From a virus (Duplodnaviria; Caudoviricetes), in IMG/VR virus record IMGVR_UViG_3300018045_000005, positions 1-53,304 of that record: a DNA stretch of 53,304 nt; one strand, given 5' to 3'. Below are positions 1-8,895 of the stretch, piece after piece. Made by a program: the position numbers and the translations under genes. The notes beneath the pieces were generated by a model. The model was not told the origin of the DNA. It searched no databases and saw only the letters and a list, made by a program, of their open reading frames with translations. Within the stretch, counting starts at the first letter, position 1, and the number at the start of each line of letters is the position of its first letter.

Positions 1-55
1 CTGCTGGTGGTACTGCACCTGCTGGTGGTACTGCACCTGCTGGTGGTACTGCACC
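1..55. repeat. 55-bp terminal overlap identical to 53250-53304 (circular contig; 3 copies of an 18-bp unit)
   Basis: ctgctggtggtactgcac x3 + c is present at both ends of the window. Confidence 0.95.
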
Positions 56-706
56 CATATTAGGATCAACCATAGCACCTTGAGGTAAAGTAGCGGCTAC
101 CGTACCGAAAGTAGCTGAAGCATCTGGACCACCTTGAGATACAATCTCAATACCAGCCTGATACAATTCAACCATTTGAGCATTTAAATACACACCTGGG
201 CTTTGAGCAGGGTTATTACCAACAACGTTAAATACTACTCGGATATAGTCACCGCGTTTGATCTCTTTCTCACTCTGCATAACTTCATGAGGTTGATAAT
301 GATCACGGTGAAAACAACGAATATCAAAGTTAGTTGACATATTCAACACCCAGTGACCAGGATACCCTTCTTTACTATTAGGTAATACACCCTTTTTATT
401 AGGGATAGGGGAATCACCGTCAACAATCTTCCATGCGAAATCAGGTCGTTGGAACTCACCATTAGGCCAACCTTTAGCACCAGTTGAACCAGCTTGATAA
501 ATTTGAGCACCCCATTCAGTTTCAGCCCAATGTGACTCGCCCTGCTTAGGGATAGCCAAACCTAAATAGATGTTACTTTTAGCTTGACCTGTAGCCGGAT
601 CAATAACAGGCTGATTTGTTTTATCATCTTTGATTACATTACGCACCATCGGATGACCCGCAACTAAACGTCCTACCGGACTGGTAATTTCAATAGCTTC
701 ACTCAT
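1..706 (-). CDS. Phage ssDNA-binding protein-like (OB-fold type), 5' part; continues across the join to 53029
   Basis: Not in the ORF track. ATG at 706 after AAGGTG; MSEAIEITSPVGRLVAGHP...FAWKIVDGDS...EGYPGHWVL...KRGDYIRV...SPGVYLN. 706 + 221 nt = 309 codons in frame after removing the 55-bp overlap. Lies between exonuclease and polymerase. Confidence 0.75.
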   Translation of the reverse strand, partial: MSEAIEITSPVGRLVAGHPMVRNVIKDDKTNQPVIDPATGQAKSNIYLGLAIPKQGESHWAETEWGAQIYQAGSTGAKGWPNGEFQRPDFAWKIVDGDSPIPNKKGVLPNSKEGYPGHWVLNMSTNFDIRCFHRDHYQPHEVMQSEKEIKRGDYIRVVFNVVGNNPAQSPGVYLNAQMVELYQAGIEIVSQGGPDASATFGTVAATLPQGAMVDPNMGAVPPAGAVPPAGAVPPA

Positions 707-720
707 AATATTTTCACCTT

Positions 721-1875
721 TTACTTAAATGCTTTTTCAGCATCTTTAGTTTCGATTTTAGAAACGACCATACTTGATGTACGACTCGCAATTTTATTAA
801 CATTATCTTCAGGAACACCTAGTTTTATAGCCTGTGTAGGTGTAATCACAGTTTTCTTTGAAATATCTAAACCAAATAATAAACCAATATTAATGATGGA
901 TTCTTCAGATAATTCAGAATTCCATTTCAACCTACTACTCTTAGGTTTTAAAGCGTAGTTTTTAACAGGTTTACCACTTTTCAAAGTGTAATAAACTTGT
1001 TGCTCAACTGCATCTTTACGGTCATCAATCATTGACGATATACGTTCAAGTAATAATAATTCTTGACCAGAATCATTACCATCAACTTTACTACCACCTA
1101 CGTTCAATACGTAATCAATACCAGACATCACCGCCCTACGATTAGCTTCACAATGGAACATCGCTTTACAATTAGTACAGTGTGTACCACTACGACAAGT
1201 AGCGTTTGCACCTAATGCTTCATGACCGGAATGATGTAGTTTATTAACATAACCTCGTAAGTCACTGGCTTTTATTTTCCAGCTTCTAACTTTATCACCA
1301 TGATAATATCTTGGTTGAACAATAGTCATCACGATATAAGTGAACTGATCAGCTAAACCATTCACTCCTAGTTCTTCTAAATACCCCTGAGCGTAACCGA
1401 TAAGTTGATTATTTTCATATTCATCTACATATTTATGCCCGTATTTAAAATCCCAAATGTAAAGAGTTTTTTCCTTATCATCATAGGCTCTACAATCCAC
1501 TGTTCCCCAACACTGAGTTTCATGAATCGCAGTAGGGTAAACCTTAGTTTCAACTTGTCGAGTTATACCCATATTCTTGTCGGAACAAGTCTTCAATATA
1601 GAGTCGGTATAAATCTCAACATTCTCGATCATTTCCGAAGTAACAATAACCCCGTTAGGTGCCATTTTATTCAAGAAATCAACCGATGTTTTAATACCAC
1701 CTGAGTTAAGTGAAAAAGACTGTAAAATCTCAGAAGCAACCCAGTGAGCGGCATCACCTTCTTCAGATTCAACAGTTGATTCACCATCATCAAATGCAAA
1801 TTCCATTTGTACCGACCCTGGACAGTTACCCCATCTACCACTGGCAGATATTGATAAAATTGCATGTTCCGACAT
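721..1875 (-). CDS. PD-(D/E)XK (Cas4-like, DUF2800-type) exonuclease
   Basis: HAILSISA..RW..CPGS N-terminus, GTVD...WDFKYG, NNQL..YA, IVQPR, C-terminal CxxCxxxxxC cluster. Confidence 0.85.
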   Translation of the reverse strand: MSEHAILSISASGRWGNCPGSVQMEFAFDDGESTVESEEGDAAHWVASEILQSFSLNSGGIKTSVDFLNKMAPNGVIVTSEMIENVEIYTDSILKTCSDKNMGITRQVETKVYPTAIHETQCWGTVDCRAYDDKEKTLYIWDFKYGHKYVDEYENNQLIGYAQGYLEELGVNGLADQFTYIVMTIVQPRYYHGDKVRSWKIKASDLRGYVNKLHHSGHEALGANATCRSGTHCTNCKAMFHCEANRRAVMSGIDYVLNVGGSKVDGNDSGQELLLLERISSMIDDRKDAVEQQVYYTLKSGKPVKNYALKPKSSRLKWNSELSEESIINIGLLFGLDISKKTVITPTQAIKLGVPEDNVNKIASRTSSMVVSKIETKDAEKAFK

Positions 1876-1883
1876 ATTAATAC

Positions 1884-2597
1884 CTACTCAACTTCTACTA
1901 ATTTATCCCAAAGAGCATCTAACGTAGCCTGATCCGTAACTTCTTTCAAAGCCATTAGATTAGCAACACCAACCATCACCAACTCATTCATAACAGTATC
2001 AAGTGAAATGACACCAAGTTGGACATTACCTGTAATTTCCGAAACCAAGTCTTCGGCAGTAACGTCTAATTCGTCATCACTAGCAGTCTCTACCACTGGT
2101 GGAGGTGTTGGTACTGATGTCTGCTCTACTAAAACGGCTGGTGGTGTCGGTACTGATGTCTGCTCTACCACTGGTGGAGGTGTCGGTACTGCTGGTTCAG
2201 AGGTAACACCGCCTGTAATCTCAGCTTTGACACGATTAAATACATCATCGGGGATATTACGTCTACGAGACCAAACACCTTTAGCGGTTTTCTTTTTAGA
2301 AGAACTATGGATGCGTTCATCCCAAGGTGTACCTTCCTTATCAATCTCTACATCATCTTCACGGGCAACAGCTCCCTGTAATGGGGCACTCGTTCCAGTA
2401 GTTGATTCTTGAGATTGAGTGGTCACATCTGTCGCAGATTCCGCAGGCTTTCCCGCAAAAGCTTCTTCAGCCGACTTTACTACAGGTTGTGATACTTCGA
2501 CATCACCCATGATGTCTTTAATAGCTTCTAATACTTTATTCGCTTTAACTAAAGATGAACTATCATCTAAATTAACTTGAATACTTACTTTACACAT
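1884..2597 (-). CDS. Hypothetical replication-module protein with D..G.PWD.RIH domain and Pro-rich repeats
   Basis: 237-aa ORF with RBS GAGG; DKEGTPWDERIH...WSRRR; three (S/A)VPTPP repeats. Confidence 0.8.
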   Translation of the reverse strand: MCKVSIQVNLDDSSSLVKANKVLEAIKDIMGDVEVSQPVVKSAEEAFAGKPAESATDVTTQSQESTTGTSAPLQGAVAREDDVEIDKEGTPWDERIHSSSKKKTAKGVWSRRRNIPDDVFNRVKAEITGGVTSEPAVPTPPPVVEQTSVPTPPAVLVEQTSVPTPPPVVETASDDELDVTAEDLVSEITGNVQLGVISLDTVMNELVMVGVANLMALKEVTDQATLDALWDKLVEVE

Positions 2598-2618
2598 CGT
2601 CTTTTCCTCTCTTCGTTA

Positions 2619-2647
2619 TTGACGGTGTGGTCATTATGGAATAAAAT
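2619..2647 (+). promoter_or_regulatory. sigma70-type promoter for the helicase operon
   Basis: TTGACG-17 nt-TAAAAT. Confidence 0.7.
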
Positions 2648-2661
2648 GCCTACATCGTCAA
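2633..2661 (-). promoter_or_regulatory. Overlapping opposite-strand sigma70-type promoter for the exonuclease/SSB/polymerase operon
   Basis: On the minus strand TTGACG-17 nt-CATAAT. Confidence 0.7.
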
Positions 2662-2702
2662 TAGTGAGTTTGAAAAAAATGAATAATATTTTAAAAGGTG
2701 CA

Positions 2703-4376
2703 ATGAACATCTCTTTACGAAACTATCAAATGGAAGTTTCTAATAAAATCGATCAATCATGGGATGACGGTAACGAAAATGTACTAGCTGTATTACCGAC
2801 GGGTGCTGGTAAAACCGTGATCATGGCATACAAAGTTAGTCAAAATAGAGGTGTGACCACTGTTATAGCCCATCGTGCAGAATTAGTTAACCAAATATCT
2901 ACCACTTTGGCTAAATTCGGATTACATCATCAGATTGTCGCATCTAAATCTACAATAAAGGATGCTGTTAAATCACACCTTGAAGAATGTAGGGCTTCTT
3001 TTTACGATCCAAATTCTAAAATCATCGTAGCCAGTGTTGATACGTTAAATAAACGTAAAGGAAAAATGGATCACCTTTTAAATCAATGTACGTTAACTTT
3101 AATAGATGAATCCCACCATGTACTACGTGATAATAAATGGGGTAAATCAGTATCACTGTTTCCGAACGCTAAATTATTAGGGGTTACGGCTACACCGATC
3201 CGAACAGACCGTAAAGGGTTAGGTAGTCATGCCCACGGTGTATTTGACGACATGGTTTTAGGTCCATCAATGAGATGGTTGATCAACAATGGGTATTTGA
3301 CAGATTACAAAATATTTTCACCACCTTCAGACTTAATATTGACCGAAGAAGATATTAGTAAAAATACAGGTGAGTTCAAATCAGATAATGTTAAAAACGC
3401 TGTTCAGAAATCACACCTTGTTGGTGACGTAGTTGAACAATATCTTAAAATCGCACCAATGAAACAAGGTATCACTTTCGCAGACTGTATCGACAATGCT
3501 ACTTTGATCGCTGAAAAATTCAAAAAAGCAGGTGTTAAAGCGGAAGTGATACACGGTGGCACCCCTGACCATATACGTTCAAAATTCATCAAACAGTTTA
3601 AAAATAAAGAACTTCAACAGTTGGTGAATGTTGATCTATTTGGTGAAGGGTTTGATGTACCTGGTATCGAAGTGGTGTCAATGGCTAGACCAACAATGTC
3701 ATTCGCTTTATTCTCACAGCAATTCGGTAGATGTTTGAGAATAATGGACGGTAAACAATTCGCTATCATCATCGACCATGTAGGTAACGTTATCAAGTTT
3801 GCTCGTACACACGGGTTACCTGACGCAGAAATCGAATGGACTCTGGACGCTGGTGAATTTTCATCTAAAACAAACGGTGTTAACGACGCTATACCAGTTA
3901 AAGCGTGTGTAGAATGTCATCAGACTTACGAAAAGATATACAAACAGTGTCCTTTTTGCGGTCACCACCAACCACCTGCCGAAAGAAGTGGTCCGGAATT
4001 CGTAGATGGTGACTTAACCGAATTAGACGCTGAAACTTTAGCAAATATGAGACGAGACATAAATAAAATCGACGAATCAACACAATCGATGTATCAACGT
4101 ATGAAAAACGCTGGTGCTTCAGAAATGGTCGCAAGATCAGCAATCAAAAGACATGGTGAACGAAGAGAAGAAATAGATAAGTTACGAGATTCAATGGCGT
4201 GGTGGTGTGGTTACCATAAAGCTGTTGGGGAAACAGAAGATATGATCTACAAGAGATTTTATTTCAAGTTCGGCATCGATATAAACACTGCTCAAACTCT
4301 AAGTAAAAAAGAAGCAATCGAATTACAAGGTAAGGTTAACAATGACACCAATCGAATTACAGTCATGGGTGTATAG
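2703..4376 (+). CDS. Superfamily 2 (DExH) helicase with C-terminal zinc finger
   Basis: LPTGAGKT, IDESHH, TATP, QQFGR, CxxC-x10-CPxC. Start moved to ATG 2703 behind AAGGTG. Confidence 0.93.
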   Translation: MNISLRNYQMEVSNKIDQSWDDGNENVLAVLPTGAGKTVIMAYKVSQNRGVTTVIAHRAELVNQISTTLAKFGLHHQIVASKSTIKDAVKSHLEECRASFYDPNSKIIVASVDTLNKRKGKMDHLLNQCTLTLIDESHHVLRDNKWGKSVSLFPNAKLLGVTATPIRTDRKGLGSHAHGVFDDMVLGPSMRWLINNGYLTDYKIFSPPSDLILTEEDISKNTGEFKSDNVKNAVQKSHLVGDVVEQYLKIAPMKQGITFADCIDNATLIAEKFKKAGVKAEVIHGGTPDHIRSKFIKQFKNKELQQLVNVDLFGEGFDVPGIEVVSMARPTMSFALFSQQFGRCLRIMDGKQFAIIIDHVGNVIKFARTHGLPDAEIEWTLDAGEFSSKTNGVNDAIPVKACVECHQTYEKIYKQCPFCGHHQPPAERSGPEFVDGDLTELDAETLANMRRDINKIDESTQSMYQRMKNAGASEMVARSAIKRHGERREEIDKLRDSMAWWCGYHKAVGETEDMIYKRFYFKFGIDINTAQTLSKKEAIELQGKVNNDTNRITVMGV

Positions 4377-4830
4377 ACACGGTATCACCCCTCAAGCGTT
4401 GAATGAGTTACTAGCACTCTTTAACGCAACCGATCAACACGTTGAGAGTAATCATGAGAGTGGTAAATCTGAATCAGCAGTACAAGCAGATGTGAGATTA
4501 AAAGCATCCAAAAAAGGATGGTTACTATGGCGTAATAACGTCGGTGCACTGCTTGACAAAAGAGGTATCCCCATCCGTTACGGTTTAGCGAATGAAACTA
4601 AAGCTATGAATAAAAACACCAAGTCGTCAGATTTAATCGGCATCAGACCTATCCTGATCCAACCACGCCATGTTGGTACAACCATTGGTCAATTCGTCGC
4701 AATCGAAACTAAAAAAGCAGGATGGAAGTTCAAAGGTGATGATCATGAGAACGCCCAATTAAAGTTCCATAAGATTGTTGTATCGAAAGGTGGTCATGCA
4801 AGTTTCGCATCAGGTGTTGACATCATCTAA
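4342..4830 (+). CDS. VRR-NUC domain nuclease
   Basis: SESAVQ, LWRNNVG, SSDLIG, FVAIETK, QLKF; adjacent to the helicase. Confidence 0.85.
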   Translation: MTPIELQSWVYRHGITPQALNELLALFNATDQHVESNHESGKSESAVQADVRLKASKKGWLLWRNNVGALLDKRGIPIRYGLANETKAMNKNTKSSDLIGIRPILIQPRHVGTTIGQFVAIETKKAGWKFKGDDHENAQLKFHKIVVSKGGHASFASGVDII

Positions 4831-4845
4831 ATAAATCTTTATTAT
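4817..4845 (+). promoter_or_regulatory. sigma70-type promoter upstream of the TetR-like gene
   Basis: TTGACA-17 nt-TATTAT. Confidence 0.55.
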
Positions 4846-4872
4846 CCATTACGTCAATAAGAGAATATAAAT

Positions 4873-5193
4873 ATGAGTATTAAAACTAAAAGAATGGAGT
4901 TGGTTGACCGTAAAAAACAACTAATTAATATCGCTATCAAATTATCAGAAGAAAAAGGGTATCAAACTGTAACCCGTAAAATGATCGCTGATGAAGCGGA
5001 TGTTAGAGAAGGTACTGTAACTCACAGTTTGGGTACGATGGAAAATATCAAACGTGACATCATGAGACATTCTATCAAAGACGGTAATATTAAGGTTCTG
5101 GCTCAAGGATTATCAGTTGGTGATAAACACGCTGTGAAAGCACCGGATGAATTGAAACAGAAGGCCGCTGATATGATCGCTAGTATGAATTGA
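4873..5193 (+). CDS. TetR-like helix-turn-helix DNA-binding protein
   Basis: RKKQLINIAIKLSEEKGYQTVTRKMIADEADVREGTVTHSLG fits the TetR N-terminal HTH pattern. Confidence 0.75.
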   Translation: MSIKTKRMELVDRKKQLINIAIKLSEEKGYQTVTRKMIADEADVREGTVTHSLGTMENIKRDIMRHSIKDGNIKVLAQGLSVGDKHAVKAPDELKQKAADMIASMN

Positions 5194-5217
5194 AATAAGT
5201 CGTTTATCAAAATAGAG

Positions 5218-5245
5218 AAAACCCACCGTTAAGTGGGTTTTTTTT
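5218..5245 (+). terminator. Rho-independent terminator
   Basis: aaaacccac-cgttaa-gtgggtttt followed by a T run. Confidence 0.8.
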
Positions 5246-5493
5246 ACGCGGGGGAATTGTCACTTCACTTATGTAAAATAACCAATAGTGGCATAAATCA
5301 ATTATATTCAAACCAACCCACTTTGTCTACCTCAAAAAAAACCCCTACCGCCACTGCATTTAACGGTAAGAGTTTAGAGAAAGATTGAAAACCTTTTCAA
5401 CACCTATTATACAAAAAAAATCCAATCGACAAATAGGAAATCCCAAAAACCTACTCATCGACTGGATTTGAAACAGTATTATACCTTAATTAT

Positions 5494-7713
5494 CTAAGAG
5501 TTAGCAAAACGATTTATCATATTAGGCATATCGTAAACCTTACCTTTGCCGATCCGTCTAGGTTCTTCAACTTCAAGGAATTTTTTCAACTCAGCACTCA
5601 TGCGACGGGCATCCTTATCAGGTAATTGTAACTCTCTACACACGTCGGTAGCGGTCATCTGTCTAACGCGGGTTTCATCAGCGTTGTAATTCTTCAATAG
5701 CAATTCTTGAATAGGATTTACCGCAGTGAAAGCATCATTGGACTCAATCAACATATTCATCTCTTCAGGACGCAACCAAGTAACATCAATATTATTCAAC
5801 ATCATGGTTTTAATCTGTGCCCAAAACTGTTGCACGTCAACATTATGATCCGGATTCATACCTTTACCGACTTTAAGAGACCAAAAACGTCTGTTTCCAG
5901 TCGGATCATGAAGATAATCATTAGGGTTAACCGTCGCACAAAATATTGTTTTACGTGGGTATTTTGACTCAGCATGAGCGAATGGGTTACGGAATTCATC
6001 AAAATCACGGGTTATGAAGGACTTAAGGTGGGCTATATCCGACTTTCTAAAGGTAGCGTCCAATTCACCCAACTCGACCATCCAATAGGATATGGACTGT
6101 TTCACGCTGTCTCGATCAGCAGGGTTAAGTGTCACCCCCTCTTTAAAGATGTCAGCATTAGAACCGCACAGTTTTGAAAACCAACGTGTCTTACCAAGGT
6201 TCTGAGCACCTTGTAACACTAATACCCCTGATGACTTAGCACCGTACGGGGTGTATATCAAATCCAATGCAGATATAGCCCATTTACGAATAAGCATACG
6301 ACCCATTTTGATGTCTTTAAGGTCCAAGGTCTTAACCATATCCTCAAATCTATCCACACCATCCCAAGGTTTACTATCGATCCAATTTACAACTGGGTGG
6401 TAAGCATTGTTGTTCGCGTATAAGAGGGCAAAACTTTGTAAGTTGTCAACCGGATACTCAACCGTGATCGCTAATGATCTGAGCGTTGCCAAGGCACTGT
6501 TTTTACTGTTATCAGCAACAAAATTTGCACCAGGTATACTAATTTCAACCTCTTTACTCATAATGTTGTAGCGACAGACAACCTTGAAATGCTCAATCAG
6601 TTGGCAAAAATTTGGAAAGTTACCCTTCGGTTTACCGTTACCTTTCACATCGGTAAAACCAATATGGAAATAATCCCAACCTTTACCGATCATTGAACCG
6701 TCACCGTCGGTAGATGTAGGTTTCTCAGGTGCGGGTGTATTTTCTAAAGTCTTTTCTTTACCACCTTTATAAAAATCCTGTTGCTGTGATTTAGCCCGTC
6801 CGATAGTGGTACCTAAATAACTACGATGGGCTGTCCACTTATCTCTCGCTAAACCAGACTCCCACATCAAGTCTTGGATACGCTCACAGTTGTTACCTGT
6901 CCAAAATGCTAATCGTTGAGCAAGTGAAGCATCGGCACTTGATCTGTCAAAATCCTTACCCTCCATTTGGGCAGGAAATGCTTCAGCCAAAACATCTACA
7001 TTACATTCCCACAAGTCTTTAAAACTGACACTATTCCCACCAAAGGCTGATTGTGCAGACTTAGATTTAAGCATCTTCTTAACTAATTCAGCGTTACTCT
7101 CCGGACCATTCCATGAAGGATCAGGTTCGGTTGTCCATTCATCAGAATTATACTTAACAGAGGGGGTGAAATATTTATCAACTAAAGGTTGTAGATAGGG
7201 GGTGTAATCTAAATAAGCGTTACCAGTCATGGTATCAAGATGACCAAAAGCCACGAAACGGTCTTGGTGATAGAACTCTAACCCTAACTCTATATTCTTA
7301 CATGAGTGTTCAGGTGGTGTACCGTAGCCAAAAATATGAAGACCTGTACCGGAACTGGAAATTTCAATAGCCGCCCCAGGTAACATATTAATCACATCGA
7401 GTGCTGTCTGAGTATATTGACCATTTTCAATACACCCGTCAATGTCCACAAACCAAAATGGATCGGTTGCAGTGAAAGAGAAACCTAGACCGAACTGAGA
7501 TAGTGGGTCCAATCGTTGAATATCTTTTAACCCTTTTAAGGCATCTTCAGAAGAGAGCCAAATGTTAGGGTCATGAGCGTTAGACAAACCGCCAGTTTTT
7601 GCATTTAAAGGTAACTTATCGGTTTTACCATTACCCCTTGGAACTAATTTATAAACAATGAATTGATCATAATTACCGAATGATTCTATCGGTGCTGGAA
7701 TTTTTTCTAACAT
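5494..7713 (-). CDS. DNA primase-helicase (prim-pol N-terminus, VapE/SF3-like ATPase, C-terminal winged helix)
   Basis: FVDIDGC, EISSSGTGLHIF, DRSSAD, GAQNLGKT, ELGELD, DPTGNRRFW. Confidence 0.9.
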   Translation of the reverse strand: MLEKIPAPIESFGNYDQFIVYKLVPRGNGKTDKLPLNAKTGGLSNAHDPNIWLSSEDALKGLKDIQRLDPLSQFGLGFSFTATDPFWFVDIDGCIENGQYTQTALDVINMLPGAAIEISSSGTGLHIFGYGTPPEHSCKNIELGLEFYHQDRFVAFGHLDTMTGNAYLDYTPYLQPLVDKYFTPSVKYNSDEWTTEPDPSWNGPESNAELVKKMLKSKSAQSAFGGNSVSFKDLWECNVDVLAEAFPAQMEGKDFDRSSADASLAQRLAFWTGNNCERIQDLMWESGLARDKWTAHRSYLGTTIGRAKSQQQDFYKGGKEKTLENTPAPEKPTSTDGDGSMIGKGWDYFHIGFTDVKGNGKPKGNFPNFCQLIEHFKVVCRYNIMSKEVEISIPGANFVADNSKNSALATLRSLAITVEYPVDNLQSFALLYANNNAYHPVVNWIDSKPWDGVDRFEDMVKTLDLKDIKMGRMLIRKWAISALDLIYTPYGAKSSGVLVLQGAQNLGKTRWFSKLCGSNADIFKEGVTLNPADRDSVKQSISYWMVELGELDATFRKSDIAHLKSFITRDFDEFRNPFAHAESKYPRKTIFCATVNPNDYLHDPTGNRRFWSLKVGKGMNPDHNVDVQQFWAQIKTMMLNNIDVTWLRPEEMNMLIESNDAFTAVNPIQELLLKNYNADETRVRQMTATDVCRELQLPDKDARRMSAELKKFLEVEEPRRIGKGKVYDMPNMINRFANS

Positions 7714-8366
7714 TATTTTAAACCTTTTATAGGTGCTATCACATCTTCTCTATTATCAAACTGGAACCTCACGCAAGGTTTACCATCCACTAATTCAATA
7801 ACTCCACTTTTCGATTGTTCGACAGGCATTAAGAAATGTAAGGCGTTATTAATCGACTTACCTTTTGAGCCGTAAAGTTTAAATTCTAATACATCTCGAA
7901 GACAACCTCTACGTCTTTTGTTATTAATATCTATACCGATTGATTCTGAAATTTCACGAAGGCTCATTAATCTAACATGCGGGTACTCTTCAAATTTATA
8001 TAAATTATCAAGCTTTTCACTAATATCTGTATGTACCGATTTCTTACCGAAACACTTTAAATATTTCAAACGCCCATAAATAGAATTTATGAGAAGGTCT
8101 TTACTCATATACGGAATTTCACCTACATCTATACCCCAAAAGTTACATGTTTCATTAACATCTAACCCACAATAATTCATCAAATCCATCTTATTTATTG
8201 AGTCGATATTAGGTGGTTTTTCGATGTGAAATCCGATCATTGAATCACGTAAAAAAAGGGTCAAATTATCGTTGTCTAAATCGTCCAATTTTAGACCCCA
8301 TTTTTTAGTAAAAATTTCGAGACTTACGCCTGTTTTTAACAAATTTATCTTTTTTAGAGGATTCAT
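7713..8366 (-). CDS. Hypothetical DNA-binding protein (two HTH-like repeats plus a winged-helix-like region)
   Basis: 217-aa ORF coupled to the primase; internal repeat (..KWGL../..FWGI..); segment resembling the primase C-terminus. Confidence 0.6.
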   Translation of the reverse strand: MNPLKKINLLKTGVSLEIFTKKWGLKLDDLDNDNLTLFLRDSMIGFHIEKPPNIDSINKMDLMNYCGLDVNETCNFWGIDVGEIPYMSKDLLINSIYGRLKYLKCFGKKSVHTDISEKLDNLYKFEEYPHVRLMSLREISESIGIDINNKRRRGCLRDVLEFKLYGSKGKSINNALHFLMPVEQSKSGVIELVDGKPCVRFQFDNREDVIAPIKGLK

Positions 8367-8847
8367 TTCGATTTCTCAACTTTTATTTTGGCGAAATTAT
8401 AAAACTTATTGACTATATCGTCAACGAAATTTGAAATTTTAAAAATTTAAAAATTAAGCTTAAAAATTTTAAAAATGAAATTTATAGGTAAATATACGTA
8501 AAAATCATCAAAATACCGTCGATGCGTCGATAAAAACGCAAAATCCCATATATACCCTAATATATTAGTAATAGCGTTTTACCCACAATATCGCCTTTTA
8601 CCCTATTTTAGTATTACCCCTTATATTCTTATCTTATATATATATACATACACTTATAGTACATAACATAGGAAAACCACCGTGGATTCTGGCTTTGAAG
8701 ACCGTCGATAAAACCGTCGATGAAGGTCTATTATGTCGAACTACGTAATTTTTCCTTATTCAACCACTTAGTTGAATAGGGCTGTAGCCCGCTCTGGGAG
8801 CGGTTTTGAGCGTTATTCCCTAGTAAAATTTGGAAATCTTTCTAACA

Positions 8848-8895
8848 CAGCGGATCGACGACGCCCACTGACGCCCAGATTGCCAGTAAGTACCT
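8848..8895 (-). other. Candidate cohesive-end site (cosQ + cosN-like)
   Basis: Minus strand AGGTACT-22 nt-GGGCGTCGTCGA-TCCGC, compared with lambda GGGTCCT...GGGCGGCGACCT-CGCGG; lies in the largest non-coding region. Confidence 0.5.

Noticed and set aside
1-55. Terminal 55-bp direct repeat as a biological DTR
   Set aside because: The length equals a common assembler k-mer, it falls inside a coding tandem repeat, and the terminase is cos-type.
721-1875. Cas4 as part of a CRISPR system
   Set aside because: Context (SSB, polymerase) fits the common phage replication exonuclease; no cas1/cas2 or array.
2577-2702. N-terminal extension of the helicase given in the ORF track
   Set aside because: It overlaps the divergent gene and both promoters; ATG 2703 has an RBS and sits just before the LRxYQ motif.
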